Source: Promethearchaeota archaeon (GTDB taxonomy: Archaea; Asgardarchaeota; Lokiarchaeia; Sigyniarchaeales; SOKP01). From it: 64,000 nucleotides of DNA. Under the pieces are notes generated by a model. The model saw only the letters and a list, made by a program, of their open reading frames with translations, was not told where the DNA came from and did no database searches. The translations under genes were made by a program, and so were the position numbers. Shown here in pieces: positions 29,853 through 40,118 of the stretch; the first letter of the stretch is position 1; every line of letters starts with the position of its first letter. The DNA lies in NCBI GenBank assembly GCA_019058445.1, contig JAHPZA010000003.1, positions 1 through 64,000 on the forward strand. The letters are read 5' to 3'.

Positions 29853-29917
29853 CATATAAATATGATTTAGACATATATATATTTAATTGAAAATCATGCT
29901 ATAAAAACGAAATTAAA

Positions 29918-31708
29918 ATGGAACAAATTCTCAGAGTCAATTTAAGCAATGGTCAGATTTTAACTGAAAATGCTTCAGATGAAGATTTAGAGAATTATAT
30001 TGGGGGTATGGGGATTGCAACTGCTATATTTACTAGAGAAGTATCTCCAACAGTAGGACCTTATGATCAAGATAACCTTTTAATATTTTCTGTAGGACCC
30101 TTTTGTGGTACTGCCGTTCCATTTTGTAGTAGGCATTTCATCATGGCTAAATCTCCCTTGACTAATATTCTTGGTGAATCGTCTTCTGGAGGATTTTGGG
30201 GCCGAGAGCTCAAATATGCAGGTTTTAGTCATATCATAATAAAAGGAATTTGTGAAAATCCGATATATTTATGGATTAAGGATGGAAAAGCAGGATTAAA
30301 AGATGCTTCGGACTTATGGGGTAAAGGTGTATTTGAAACTCAAGATATTTTGAAAGCGAAGTTTGGAGATAATAGAATTAAAGTCGCATTAATCGGACCT
30401 GCTGGCGAGAATCTTGTAAAATACGCTTCTATTATGAATGATAAAGATCGAGCAGCAGGTAGATGTGGTTTAGGTGCTGTAATGGGAAGCAAAAAGTTAA
30501 AAGCAATTGTTGTACAAGGATCAAACCGACCAGAAATTCGAGATAAGGGAGCCTTAAATAATGCAGTGAAAAAATTAAGAGAACTAGAAAAGGATAATCC
30601 TGTTTTAGATATCCATAAACAATACGGAACAACCTTAGGAATTGATAATATGCCCCATATTGGAGATGTACCTATCAAAAATTTTACTATGAGTCGCTGG
30701 CCCGGAACTAAAAAAATTGGTGGATATGCACTTATGGAAAGAGAGGTTAGAACACATGCATGTTTCAACTGTCCTGTAGGATGTGCAAAAGAAATCAAAT
30801 ATCAAGGGAAATGGGTTCGATGGCCTGAATATGAAACATTAGCTATGATGGGATCAAATCTAATGGTTGATAATTTAGATGAAATAATAAAATGGAATGT
30901 AAAAATAAATGATCTTGGTATGGACACAATCTCTCTAGGTTCTACAATTGCGATGTTCTTTGAAGCAATTGAACGAAATCTAATAGATTTTGACAAATTA
31001 AAGCTAAATCTTAAACACACAAAATTATGGGGGGAGACAGAGACCATTAATAAATTAATCAATATAATTGCTTATAGAGAAGGGATTGGAAATGATCTTG
31101 CTGAGGGAGTCAAATATTTTTGTGAAAAATATCATCTTCCTGATGAACTTGCCACCCATGGAAAAGGCCTAGAGGTACCCGCCCATGAGCCAAGAGCAAA
31201 TAATATGACTGCCTTGGACTATGTAACTTCCCCTCGAGGCGCTTATCATTGCTATATGCCAATGGACATCTCTTCAGGCATGTATATTAAGGAGGAAATT
31301 GGAATAATCGATATTATTGATAGATTTTCGAAAGAAAGAAGAATCGCAGAATTAGTTAAAATTGTTCAGGATTCAAGTGAAGCTTATTCTGCAAATGGCG
31401 GTTGTATTTTTGGTTTTAAATGGATACCACAAATAACTCCATGGATAGAATGCTTAAATGCTATAACTGGTAGAAATTATTCTGTTGAATCTTGGACTAA
31501 AGCAGGTGAAAGTATTTTTAATTTGAAGCGAGAATATAATATGAAGTGTGGGCTAACGAAAGAAGATGATAAAATTGGATCTAAATTCTTCACACCTATA
31601 TCAAAAGGAGCAACACGTAAAAATATCCCTCCGATTCAAGAATTACTCCCAATTTATTATAAACTTAGAGGTTGGGACTCTAATGGACGTCCTAATATGA
31701 AAGAATAA
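29918..31708 (+). CDS. Tungsten-type aldehyde:ferredoxin oxidoreductase (AOR family)
   Basis: AKSPLT, IGPAGENLV, GRCGLGAVMGSKKLKAIVV, CFNCPVGC, PEYET, GMDTIS. Confidence 0.93.
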   Translation: MEQILRVNLSNGQILTENASDEDLENYIGGMGIATAIFTREVSPTVGPYDQDNLLIFSVGPFCGTAVPFCSRHFIMAKSPLTNILGESSSGGFWGRELKYAGFSHIIIKGICENPIYLWIKDGKAGLKDASDLWGKGVFETQDILKAKFGDNRIKVALIGPAGENLVKYASIMNDKDRAAGRCGLGAVMGSKKLKAIVVQGSNRPEIRDKGALNNAVKKLRELEKDNPVLDIHKQYGTTLGIDNMPHIGDVPIKNFTMSRWPGTKKIGGYALMEREVRTHACFNCPVGCAKEIKYQGKWVRWPEYETLAMMGSNLMVDNLDEIIKWNVKINDLGMDTISLGSTIAMFFEAIERNLIDFDKLKLNLKHTKLWGETETINKLINIIAYREGIGNDLAEGVKYFCEKYHLPDELATHGKGLEVPAHEPRANNMTALDYVTSPRGAYHCYMPMDISSGMYIKEEIGIIDIIDRFSKERRIAELVKIVQDSSEAYSANGGCIFGFKWIPQITPWIECLNAITGRNYSVESWTKAGESIFNLKREYNMKCGLTKEDDKIGSKFFTPISKGATRKNIPPIQELLPIYYKLRGWDSNGRPNMKE

Positions 31709-31754
31709 TGAATTATATTTTACAATTAAAAATAATAAAAAAGATTAGTAAAAA

Positions 31755-32696
31755 ATGTTGGAAAAAATAGAAGGGATGATACCTCCGGTTATTACTCCCT
31801 TAAAAGAAGATGAGTCAATTGATGAAAACGGTTTAAGAATTGTTGTTGATTTTCTCGTTGATCATGGAGTATATGGGTTATTTGCCCTTGGCTCTGCTAG
31901 CGAGTTTGCCTATATGGATTTGCCAGAGCGCCTTCAAATCGTCAAAATTATACGAGACCAATTAAAATCGAGACTACCGTTGTTAATGGGGGTTGCTGAT
32001 ACCTCTTTAAAAAATTCACTTAAACTCATACAAGAAGGATTGGATATTGGGGTTGACGGATTTGTAGCTACGGTTCCACAATATTTCTTATTGGATAATA
32101 GACAAATCAAGACATACTTTACATCTATTAATGAGCATTGTAATGGTAAGCCATTATTTGCCTATGATGTTAGCGAGGTAGTTCCGACGACAGCAAGTCT
32201 ATCACCTAAACTGATTGTTGAACTATTAGATAATAAAATAATTAATGGAATGAAATATTCTGGAGTACTTTGGGAAGATTATGCAAAAATTGTTCTCGAA
32301 GGAGTAAGTGACAGGGAATCTATAAAATTTTTTGCAGGTTCTGAGATTGTCAGTCGTAAAATTTATGAAGCGGGGTTTAAATTTGATGGCGGGATATACT
32401 CTGCCTTGAATTTATTTCCTCGTTTATATGTCAACACGTTTAAAGCAATCACATCAAAAGATGAGGCTCTAATCTCAAAATGCTTACCCCTCTTTCTTAG
32501 TGCAGGTGGGCTTATGGGAGCGATGGGAAGTGCGGGAACTCAAAGTGTAATGAAAGAAACATTAAAGGCAATTGGTCTCCCCATCTCCGCTAAAGTACGA
32601 TCACCGTTGCCACCATTAAAAAAACATGTTCATAAAAAAATCAACAATGTAATTGAAATGTTATCTAAGGAGGGTTATGTAGATAAATATCAATAA
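31755..32696 (+). CDS. DHDPS/NAL-family aldolase (2-keto-3-deoxy-aldonate aldolase-like)
   Basis: PPVITP, GSASEF, PQYF, Schiff-base lysine in GMKYSG. Confidence 0.85.
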   Translation: MLEKIEGMIPPVITPLKEDESIDENGLRIVVDFLVDHGVYGLFALGSASEFAYMDLPERLQIVKIIRDQLKSRLPLLMGVADTSLKNSLKLIQEGLDIGVDGFVATVPQYFLLDNRQIKTYFTSINEHCNGKPLFAYDVSEVVPTTASLSPKLIVELLDNKIINGMKYSGVLWEDYAKIVLEGVSDRESIKFFAGSEIVSRKIYEAGFKFDGGIYSALNLFPRLYVNTFKAITSKDEALISKCLPLFLSAGGLMGAMGSAGTQSVMKETLKAIGLPISAKVRSPLPPLKKHVHKKINNVIEMLSKEGYVDKYQ

Positions 32697-32730
32697 CACA
32701 TCAATATTGTACATATAATTTTAAAATTCT

Positions 32731-34416
32731 ATGAGGTTAAAACTTATGAATGAACATGAAAGAGATATGAAAGAAAGAAGTAAAAGTATATTTGAGCCTA
32801 TTAAAGACACCCCTAATTATTATGGACCTTATGGCGTATGGAGAGGGGTGGGATTAGAAATTAAAGAGATTGATAAAAAACCGCTTATTGGGATAGCAAA
32901 TACTTGGAATGAGTTTCATCCAGGGCATAAACATTTAAGGATATTAGCAGAGGGAGTAAAATGGGGTATTTTAGAATCAGGTGGAATTCCATTTGAATTT
33001 AACACTATTGCTCCCTGTGATGGAATTGCTCAAGGAAATGAAGGTATGAGGTATATTCTTCTTCAAAGGGAGATAATAGCAGATTCAATCGAGGCCATGA
33101 TGGAAGCGCAACGCTTGGATGCATTAGTCACGCTTTCTTCATGTGATAAAATAAACCCTGCTGTGTTAATGGCAGCAGCACGATTAAATATTCCTACTAT
33201 TTGCGTTCCAGGAGGACCTGGACATATGGAAATAGAATTTAAAGCAGGCTTTCAAGGACTGGACCACCATTTCTACGATGCAAGAGAAGACGTGTTTAGT
33301 TGTCATACTTGTGTTACTCATGGCGCATGTGCGTTTATGGGAACCGCTAATTCTGTTCAATGTCTTACTGAAGCATTGGGAATGACTCTCCCTAACGCTG
33401 CAACAGCTCCAGGTGTAAGCCAAATGAAATATATTATAGCCAAGCAATCAGGTCGCCAGATCATTCAACTTCTCAAGGATGGAATCACACCATCGCAAAT
33501 AATGACCCGAGAAGCATTTGAGAATGCAATTATGGTAGATATGGCAATTGGGGGATCGACTAATGTAGTGTTGCATTTACTAGCTATTGCACATGAGATG
33601 GGTATTGAATTGGAATTAGATTTATTTAATAAATTTAGTAAAATGATCCCAACCATTGTAGGAGTTCAACCAAACGGTGTTCATTCCGTATCGGAATTAT
33701 ATGGAGCAGGTGGAATACCCGCTGTAATGAAAAGGATTGAAGAATTTTTGCATCTGGACTGTTTGACTGTATCAGGAAAAACCTGGAAACGTCTACTTAA
33801 AAGAGTGAAGTTTAGAGAACAAGAAATTATTCGACCTCTCTCAAATCCATATTTTCCTGAAGGTGGGACCGTTATTTTAAAGGGTAACTTGGCTCCCGAA
33901 GGTGCAGTGATCAAAGAATCAGCTATAAAAGATAAGGATATGTTAACGTTTACTGGCAATGCCCGAGCTTTTAATTCGCAGTATGAGGCAATGCAAGCTC
34001 TCGCGGCGAATAAAATTAAAAGTGGAGAGATAGTAATAATAAGATATGAAGGACCTAAAGGGGCCCCTGGAATGCCTGAGAATCACAGTTTTACTGAATT
34101 ACTTTACGCTCGTCGAGATATTACTAAGGTAGCTATGTTGACTGACGGAAGATTTTCAGGAGCGTCAATGGGACCTTGTATAGGGCATGTATGTCCAGAA
34201 GCATATGTAGGAGGACCAATAGCTATTGTAGAAGATGGTGATCGCATCACAATAGATATTCCTAACCGGAGACTTGATATTGATCTTACAGAAGCTGAAA
34301 TCAAGGAACGATTAGCAAATTGGAAACCTATTGAGCATGAAGTAAAAAGCAAGGTCTTATCAAGATACAAAAAGTTGGTAACATCGGCAGCCAAGGGGGC
34401 TGTCTTGAAATATTAG
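32731..34416 (+). CDS. IlvD/Edd-family dehydratase (probable sugar-acid dehydratase)
   Basis: PCDG, SCDK, GACAFMGTAN, GGSTN, RYEGPKG, TDGRFSG, GHVCPEA. Confidence 0.93.
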   Translation: MRLKLMNEHERDMKERSKSIFEPIKDTPNYYGPYGVWRGVGLEIKEIDKKPLIGIANTWNEFHPGHKHLRILAEGVKWGILESGGIPFEFNTIAPCDGIAQGNEGMRYILLQREIIADSIEAMMEAQRLDALVTLSSCDKINPAVLMAAARLNIPTICVPGGPGHMEIEFKAGFQGLDHHFYDAREDVFSCHTCVTHGACAFMGTANSVQCLTEALGMTLPNAATAPGVSQMKYIIAKQSGRQIIQLLKDGITPSQIMTREAFENAIMVDMAIGGSTNVVLHLLAIAHEMGIELELDLFNKFSKMIPTIVGVQPNGVHSVSELYGAGGIPAVMKRIEEFLHLDCLTVSGKTWKRLLKRVKFREQEIIRPLSNPYFPEGGTVILKGNLAPEGAVIKESAIKDKDMLTFTGNARAFNSQYEAMQALAANKIKSGEIVIIRYEGPKGAPGMPENHSFTELLYARRDITKVAMLTDGRFSGASMGPCIGHVCPEAYVGGPIAIVEDGDRITIDIPNRRLDIDLTEAEIKERLANWKPIEHEVKSKVLSRYKKLVTSAAKGAVLKY

Positions 34417-34489
34417 TTATGGTAACCACTTAATTTCATAAAAAATACAAACAAAAAAAATATACAAACAAAATGGAGATGTAAATTTA

Positions 34490-35899
34490 ATGAGCAAAGA
34501 ACAAATAGAACACGGAAGTTCTTTAGAAAATAAACAACCTAATACGATTATTACTTCATACGGAATAGGATATTTATTAATGGAAATTTGGAATGTAATC
34601 TTTGGAGCATACGTGTTCTTTTTCTATGAAACAGAAGTAGGTTTATATGTCTGGTTATTAGTACTAGGATATGTTATTTATGCGCTATGGAATTCGTTTA
34701 ATGATCCTCTTATAGGGTATATTTTTGATAGACCGAATTTTCTCTGGAAAAAATGGGGTAAACGGTTTCCAATAATATTAGGTGCGGCAATTCCTTGGTT
34801 TGTATCGATGTTTATGATACTAACCCCTCCCAATGTTGATCCAATAGAAGGAGCAATGTTTATCTTCGCATGGATGATTTTTGCCACTTGTTTATTCGAT
34901 ACATTTTATAGTATGTTTCAAAACAACCATTATTCCCTTTTTCCAGATAAATTCCGCTTAGACAGCGACAGGAGGAAAGCAGGAGGAATTGGATTAATAC
35001 TTGGAGTTGTTGGAACCACGATTGGCGGTTTAATTCCACCTATGTTTATAAGTTATGGAAATAAATCTTCTTATTCAATAATGGCTTTATTTATGGTCTT
35101 AATCGCGTCATTCTTTCTGATATTGATGATTCCAGGTATACGGGAAACTCAAGACATGAAAGATCGATATGTTACCACGGATATACATAAAGAAACAGAA
35201 GGCTTTTTCAAAACTATGAAAAAAGCAGTAAAACAGAGGAATTTCATGACATTAGTTTTCATTACATTTATTGGAGATGTAGCTTTTGCGTGTATAACCG
35301 CTTCAATACATTACTTAGTAAAATATAATTTACAAGAAGAGGCTTCATTTTCCATTATACTTTTTGCCGCATTTTTGCTTGGAGCCATTCTATCAATCCC
35401 GATATTCTTAAAGCTTATTCAGAAAATGAATGATAATAGAAAGATGCATATTATTGGAATTATCTTATTGATCGTGTTTCTCTTGAATCTAGGATTTTAT
35501 TGGAATCTATATTCATTGATAATTGGGGTTGTTCTATTAGGGGTGGGTCAGGCTGCCTTTAAAGTAGCTCGCTTTCCTTGTTTAGCAGATACCCTTGATG
35601 AGGCAACTGTGAAAACTGGAGTCCATCAGGAATCGGTTTATATGGGGGTTCAAACCTTTTTTATGCGCTTTTCTCTCATTGCGCAAGCAATAATCTTTGC
35701 TGTAGTACATGTGTTAACTGGATTTGATCCCAATAAAGGTAATCAATCTGAATTAGCTCTTATTGGGATTAGACTTCAATCTGCAATTGTTCCCGCGTTC
35801 GTCGTTTTGTTTGGACTCTTAATATTCCTAAAATATTACGATCTAACACCAGACAAAACTGCCATTAATAAACAAAAACTAAAAGAACTTAGATTGTAA
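34490..35899 (+). CDS. MFS transporter, GPH/MelB family
   Basis: WNSFNDPLIGYIFDR, ADTLDE; about 12 TMs. Confidence 0.9.
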   Translation: MSKEQIEHGSSLENKQPNTIITSYGIGYLLMEIWNVIFGAYVFFFYETEVGLYVWLLVLGYVIYALWNSFNDPLIGYIFDRPNFLWKKWGKRFPIILGAAIPWFVSMFMILTPPNVDPIEGAMFIFAWMIFATCLFDTFYSMFQNNHYSLFPDKFRLDSDRRKAGGIGLILGVVGTTIGGLIPPMFISYGNKSSYSIMALFMVLIASFFLILMIPGIRETQDMKDRYVTTDIHKETEGFFKTMKKAVKQRNFMTLVFITFIGDVAFACITASIHYLVKYNLQEEASFSIILFAAFLLGAILSIPIFLKLIQKMNDNRKMHIIGIILLIVFLLNLGFYWNLYSLIIGVVLLGVGQAAFKVARFPCLADTLDEATVKTGVHQESVYMGVQTFFMRFSLIAQAIIFAVVHVLTGFDPNKGNQSELALIGIRLQSAIVPAFVVLFGLLIFLKYYDLTPDKTAINKQKLKELRL

Positions 35900-36025
35900 T
35901 TGCTTATCTTCGTTTATTCAATTTATTTTTTTTCCTAATTTCTACTCCAAAGGTATCAAAATGTAATGATAAAATTAATTTATTTGTAACAATTTACCTA
36001 ATAAAATAATTTAGGGAATGTTATT

Positions 36026-37063
36026 ATGAGCATAGGTTTTAATTCACTAAATAATCTCGCAAAAATTAGAAAAGATGCCAAGAGGAAACGAATTTCGAGC
36101 TATGACCCAACTGGAGCGAATGCTGACTTTAATTTTGTAAAATCCAAACAAAAACATATCATTTTTGACGTTAAAGGGGCAGGTATAATCAAGCACATTT
36201 GGATGACATTAGCATGCTCAGATCCTCTTTATTTGCGGAAAGCAATAATTCGAATGTGGTGGGATGCTGAGATGGAACCTTCCGTTGAATGTCCGATTGG
36301 AGATTTCTTTGGAGTAGGCCATGCAAAAGCAGTCAATTATTGGAGCTTACCACTTTCTATGGGTCCACAGGATGGAAAAGGGTTCAATTGCTTTTTTCCA
36401 ATGCCCTTTTCTAAGGGAGCTAAAATCGAAGTTGAAAATGAGACTGACGTAGAAATAGTGTGGTATTATTATTTTGATTATGAGGAATATAAAGAGTTAG
36501 ACGATAATTTCGGCAGATTTCATGTCACATGGCATAGAGAAAATCCATGTAAAGGCAGTAATAGAGAACCTTTCTATAGAAAAAATCCAACACATGAAAA
36601 TGATTTTCTATTATTCGAAGCAGAAGGAGAAGGGCATTATATAGGCTGTCATGTAGATATTCATAATCTAAAAGTGACTCACAAACACAATTGGCCAGGA
36701 GAAGGAGATGACTATATTGAGATAGATGACGGAGAGACAATATTATATGGAACTGGAACCGAGGATTATTTTTGCACTTCTTGGTGTCCTTCTCAGTATT
36801 ATTGCTCACCGTATTTTGGAATTCCTATACCAGGAGGTAAAAATTGGAGTGGCAAAATAACATATTACAGATACCATATAGAAGACCCTATTATGTTTCA
36901 CAAAAATATTAAAGTTAAAATTGAGCATGGTCATGCTAACCAGCGTTCAGATGATTGGTCAACAACTGCGTACTGGTATCAAAATGAGCCTCATAAAAAA
37001 TTTAGACCTCTCTTACCTATGGAAGAAAGATTACCTCGAGATGAGCCTAAAGAAATAGAATAA
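36026..37063 (+). CDS. DUF2961 / glycoside hydrolase family 172 protein
   Basis: RISSYD, HIWMT, PSVECPIGDFFG, MPF, GEGDD, GTGTEDYF, YRYHIEDPI, AYWYQ. Confidence 0.9.
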   Translation: MSIGFNSLNNLAKIRKDAKRKRISSYDPTGANADFNFVKSKQKHIIFDVKGAGIIKHIWMTLACSDPLYLRKAIIRMWWDAEMEPSVECPIGDFFGVGHAKAVNYWSLPLSMGPQDGKGFNCFFPMPFSKGAKIEVENETDVEIVWYYYFDYEEYKELDDNFGRFHVTWHRENPCKGSNREPFYRKNPTHENDFLLFEAEGEGHYIGCHVDIHNLKVTHKHNWPGEGDDYIEIDDGETILYGTGTEDYFCTSWCPSQYYCSPYFGIPIPGGKNWSGKITYYRYHIEDPIMFHKNIKVKIEHGHANQRSDDWSTTAYWYQNEPHKKFRPLLPMEERLPRDEPKEIE

Positions 37064-37192
37064 ATATTTTTTTTTCACTTTTTTTTATTTTTTCAGATTC
37101 CTACATTTATTTCATTTTTTTAATCAATAACTTTCATTTTCATTCAATTATGATTAATTTTCATTCAAAAATCGGAATATTTAAATATGATT

Positions 37193-37214
37193 GATCATAC
37201 TATTCAGTATGATC
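37193..37214. promoter_or_regulatory. Inverted repeat GATCATAC-N6-GTATGATC, probable operator of the AbrB-like gene
   Basis: Perfect 8-bp arms just downstream of TTTAAATA, followed by ATCCGAAT direct repeats. Confidence 0.55.
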
Positions 37215-37270
37215 CGAATAATCCGAATGATCGGATCCCTTAATATTTTAAAAAACCAAGGTTTTGAGAG

Positions 37271-37531
37271 ATGAACAAACATAAGAAAAATAGATACTTT
37301 TTTGGATCTGTTAAAGTAGGAACAAGAGGTCAAATTGTGATTCCACAAGAGGCAAGAGAGGTATTTAATATTAAATCAGGGGATCAAATCCTGATATTTG
37401 GGGATATCAATAAAGGATTAGGTCTTATAAAAGCGTCAAAATTAAATCAGTTTGCGACGAGGTTTTTCAAATCTTTTGAATTGGAAGAAGAAAATAATCA
37501 AAATAAAAATGGAGGTAATAACAATGAGTAA
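37271..37531 (+). CDS. AbrB/MazE/SpoVT-family DNA-binding protein
   Basis: GSVKVGTRGQIVIPQEAREVFNIKSGD. Confidence 0.9.
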   Translation: MNKHKKNRYFFGSVKVGTRGQIVIPQEAREVFNIKSGDQILIFGDINKGLGLIKASKLNQFATRFFKSFELEEENNQNKNGGNNNE

Positions 37532-38075
37532 TTTCGAGAAAAAAAAGAAGAAAAAACATCAATCAAATATTGATTTTAAATTCATGTCGTTTTTCTTTAA
37601 GGTACGTGACATGTTAAAATCACCGGTGATAAAAATTGAAAAAGCCAATATGAAACCAGGTGATAAAGTGCTTGATTATGGATGTGGTCCAGGCAGCTTT
37701 ACACTCGCTGCTGCGGAGGTTGTTGGTCCTTCTGGTAAAGTATATGCTGCCGATATCAATTCTCTCGCTGTAAAAAAAGTCAGAAAAGCATCATCAAAAA
37801 AAGGTTTTAAAAATATAGAAACCATTCAAACTGACTGCAAAACAGGATTAGGAAATAATTCTGTAAATATGGTAATGTGTTTCGATACATTTCATGATGT
37901 AGATGATAAGGAAAGTCTATTACGTGAATTTCATAGAGTATTAAAACCGAATTCTAGCCTTGCTTTTGATGATCATCATCTAAATGAAGATGAAATAATT
38001 TCAAAAGTTACAGAGAATGGTCTTTTTGCTTTAACAGAGAAAAAAGAGAAACTCTATCTTTTTGCAAAAAGATAA
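37524..38075 (+). CDS. Class I SAM-dependent methyltransferase
   Basis: VLDYGCGPG, YAADI, HRVLKP. Start moved to ATG 37524, which follows GGAGGT. Confidence 0.9.
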   Translation: MSNFEKKKKKKHQSNIDFKFMSFFFKVRDMLKSPVIKIEKANMKPGDKVLDYGCGPGSFTLAAAEVVGPSGKVYAADINSLAVKKVRKASSKKGFKNIETIQTDCKTGLGNNSVNMVMCFDTFHDVDDKESLLREFHRVLKPNSSLAFDDHHLNEDEIISKVTENGLFALTEKKEKLYLFAKR

Positions 38076-38166
38076 GAACAAAATCTTTTTTTTACTTTTT
38101 TAATTAGAATAAGAATCGTAAGTTCGCTCTAAAATTTTAAATATTTTTATATAGATTCTAGATTAG

Positions 38167-38913
38167 ATGACTGAAAAACAATACCTTATTTGTGATGAGG
38201 ATCTACCTATAGTTGTTCCTAAAAGGATGATGGTATTTGCAGGACATCCCGATGATGAACTGATCTCATGTGGAGGGACTATTCTAAAATACCAAAAACT
38301 TGGCTGTGATATACGAGTAGTGGTAGCTACAACGGGTCTCGGAGGGTATGCCATAAAAGAACATAAGGAAACAATTTTAGATCAAAGAGAAAATGAATTA
38401 AAGCGGGTATCTGAGGTGTTAAAATGTGAATTTATCGAACTGGGATATTCGGATTTAGAGATAACAAGAAAAAAAATCTCTAAAATAACTAATTTAATAC
38501 GCAATCATCAGCCACAGGTTATTCTTATACCCCATTATACCGATTTTCATAGAGTTCACCGAAATTTATCATTAATTTGCCGGGAAGCTATATATCATTG
38601 TACTACTGGAAAAGCCTATGGAGGTCATGAACGGAGCTGGAGTCCTTTAGGGGTATATTATTATGAATCCCCTTCATGTAAATTTCAATATATCGAAGGC
38701 TCTGTATTTGTAGTGGTGGATATTGAGAATTATTGGGAGACCAAGAAAGAGATATTTGAACATGTCTATATCTCCCAAAAAGAAGTGTTAGAACGTGTTA
38801 TTGATTGGGCAGAAGATACTGCCATATTAAGGGGCAATGAGATTAATTCAAAGTATGGAGAAGCTTTTATTCCCGAGACGACGTACACTCCTTTACGTAT
38901 TTTATTAGTTTAA
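38167..38913 (+). CDS. PIG-L family deacetylase
   Basis: AGHPDDE, CGGTI, RENE, DFHRVH, YGEAF. Confidence 0.9.
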   Translation: MTEKQYLICDEDLPIVVPKRMMVFAGHPDDELISCGGTILKYQKLGCDIRVVVATTGLGGYAIKEHKETILDQRENELKRVSEVLKCEFIELGYSDLEITRKKISKITNLIRNHQPQVILIPHYTDFHRVHRNLSLICREAIYHCTTGKAYGGHERSWSPLGVYYYESPSCKFQYIEGSVFVVVDIENYWETKKEIFEHVYISQKEVLERVIDWAEDTAILRGNEINSKYGEAFIPETTYTPLRILLV

Positions 38914-38948
38914 AAAATCTAATTATATAAAAAATAAATTTTATTAAA

Positions 38949-39974
38949 GTGGATTATATGAATCAAAATCAAAAATTTATTATTGGAGTTGATATCGGAG
39001 GAACGTGGATTCGCGTGGCTATCTGCACACAAGAATTATATGAAGAGAATATTAAAACAAAAGTAGTCAATACCCCAAAAGAACACAAGTTTTCCATTAG
39101 CAATTCGGTCGTCACCATGATATCTGAATTATTATCGGAGAATAATTTAAATAAGGATCAAATTTTAGGAATAGGATTAGCTTGTGCTGGTCCTTTAGAT
39201 ATGGTTACAGGAGAAGTTTTTAATAATGCAAATCTCGGTTTCAGAGAAATTCCTATAAAGCAACCCATCCAAGAAAAATTTCCCGACATTCCCATTTACT
39301 TGATTAACGATTGTAATGCTGCGGTATTAGGTGTCCACTATTTTGAAGCAAGTGAAGATGAGAAGGAAAATTTAGTGTATATTACCGTTTCAACAGGAAT
39401 CGGTGGGGGAGCAATCGTTAACGGTCATTTATTAATTGGTAAAGACGGAAACGCAGCCGAAGTGGGTCATGGTTTAGTAGAACCAAGGAGTAACCTTCAA
39501 TGTAACTGTGGAGCCTACGGGTGTTGGGAGGTATATAGCTCAGGAACAGGCGTAATGAGGAGAACTTTAGAAGCAATCAATGAGGGCAACTTAAACGCTG
39601 ATATCTTAATGAAGTTAGTAGAGAATGATACTTCAAAAATTACAGCAAAGGAAGTATTTCAAGCAGCCAGAGAAGGAGATGAGCTTTCTGAAAAAATTGT
39701 TGATCAATTTATTTTTTATATGAAAGTAGGTATTGGCTTAGTAAACAACTTTTATGATTGCACAGCAGTTTATTTTGGTGGAGCGATGATGAAAGATAAA
39801 GCCCAAATTTTGCCTCCTATAATTGAGCAATTTGAAAAAAATCCGATTATCTTTACAGTTAATCATCCCCCAAAGCTGAAGGCAACAATCTATCGAGAAG
39901 ATATTGGTCTTAGAGGGGCTTTAGCCTTAATAAAATACAAAACAGAAAATAGTCCTATATTGGACATGTTATGA
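38949..39974 (+). CDS. ROK-family sugar kinase
   Basis: GVDIGGT, NDCNAA, STGIGGG, EVGH, CNCGAYGCWE. Likely start is ATG 38958. Confidence 0.93.
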   Translation: MDYMNQNQKFIIGVDIGGTWIRVAICTQELYEENIKTKVVNTPKEHKFSISNSVVTMISELLSENNLNKDQILGIGLACAGPLDMVTGEVFNNANLGFREIPIKQPIQEKFPDIPIYLINDCNAAVLGVHYFEASEDEKENLVYITVSTGIGGGAIVNGHLLIGKDGNAAEVGHGLVEPRSNLQCNCGAYGCWEVYSSGTGVMRRTLEAINEGNLNADILMKLVENDTSKITAKEVFQAAREGDELSEKIVDQFIFYMKVGIGLVNNFYDCTAVYFGGAMMKDKAQILPPIIEQFEKNPIIFTVNHPPKLKATIYREDIGLRGALALIKYKTENSPILDML

Positions 39975-40118
39975 TTTCCTTGTTCAGTTAATTACTTACT
40001 TGAGAAATAAATAGAAAAGAATATAATCCAAAAACATTAATTACTAGATTATTTTAGTAAATCATATCAGAAAATTAAAAATAATTAAATGAAATCTATA
40101 TATCAATTTGTCTAAAAA

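Noticed and set aside
37452-37523. 5' extension of the methyltransferase ORF
   Set aside because: It overlaps the AbrB gene, and ATG 37524 has a clear GGAGGT RBS.
37271-38075. Toxin-antitoxin pair
   Set aside because: The downstream gene is a SAM methyltransferase, not a PIN or MazF toxin.
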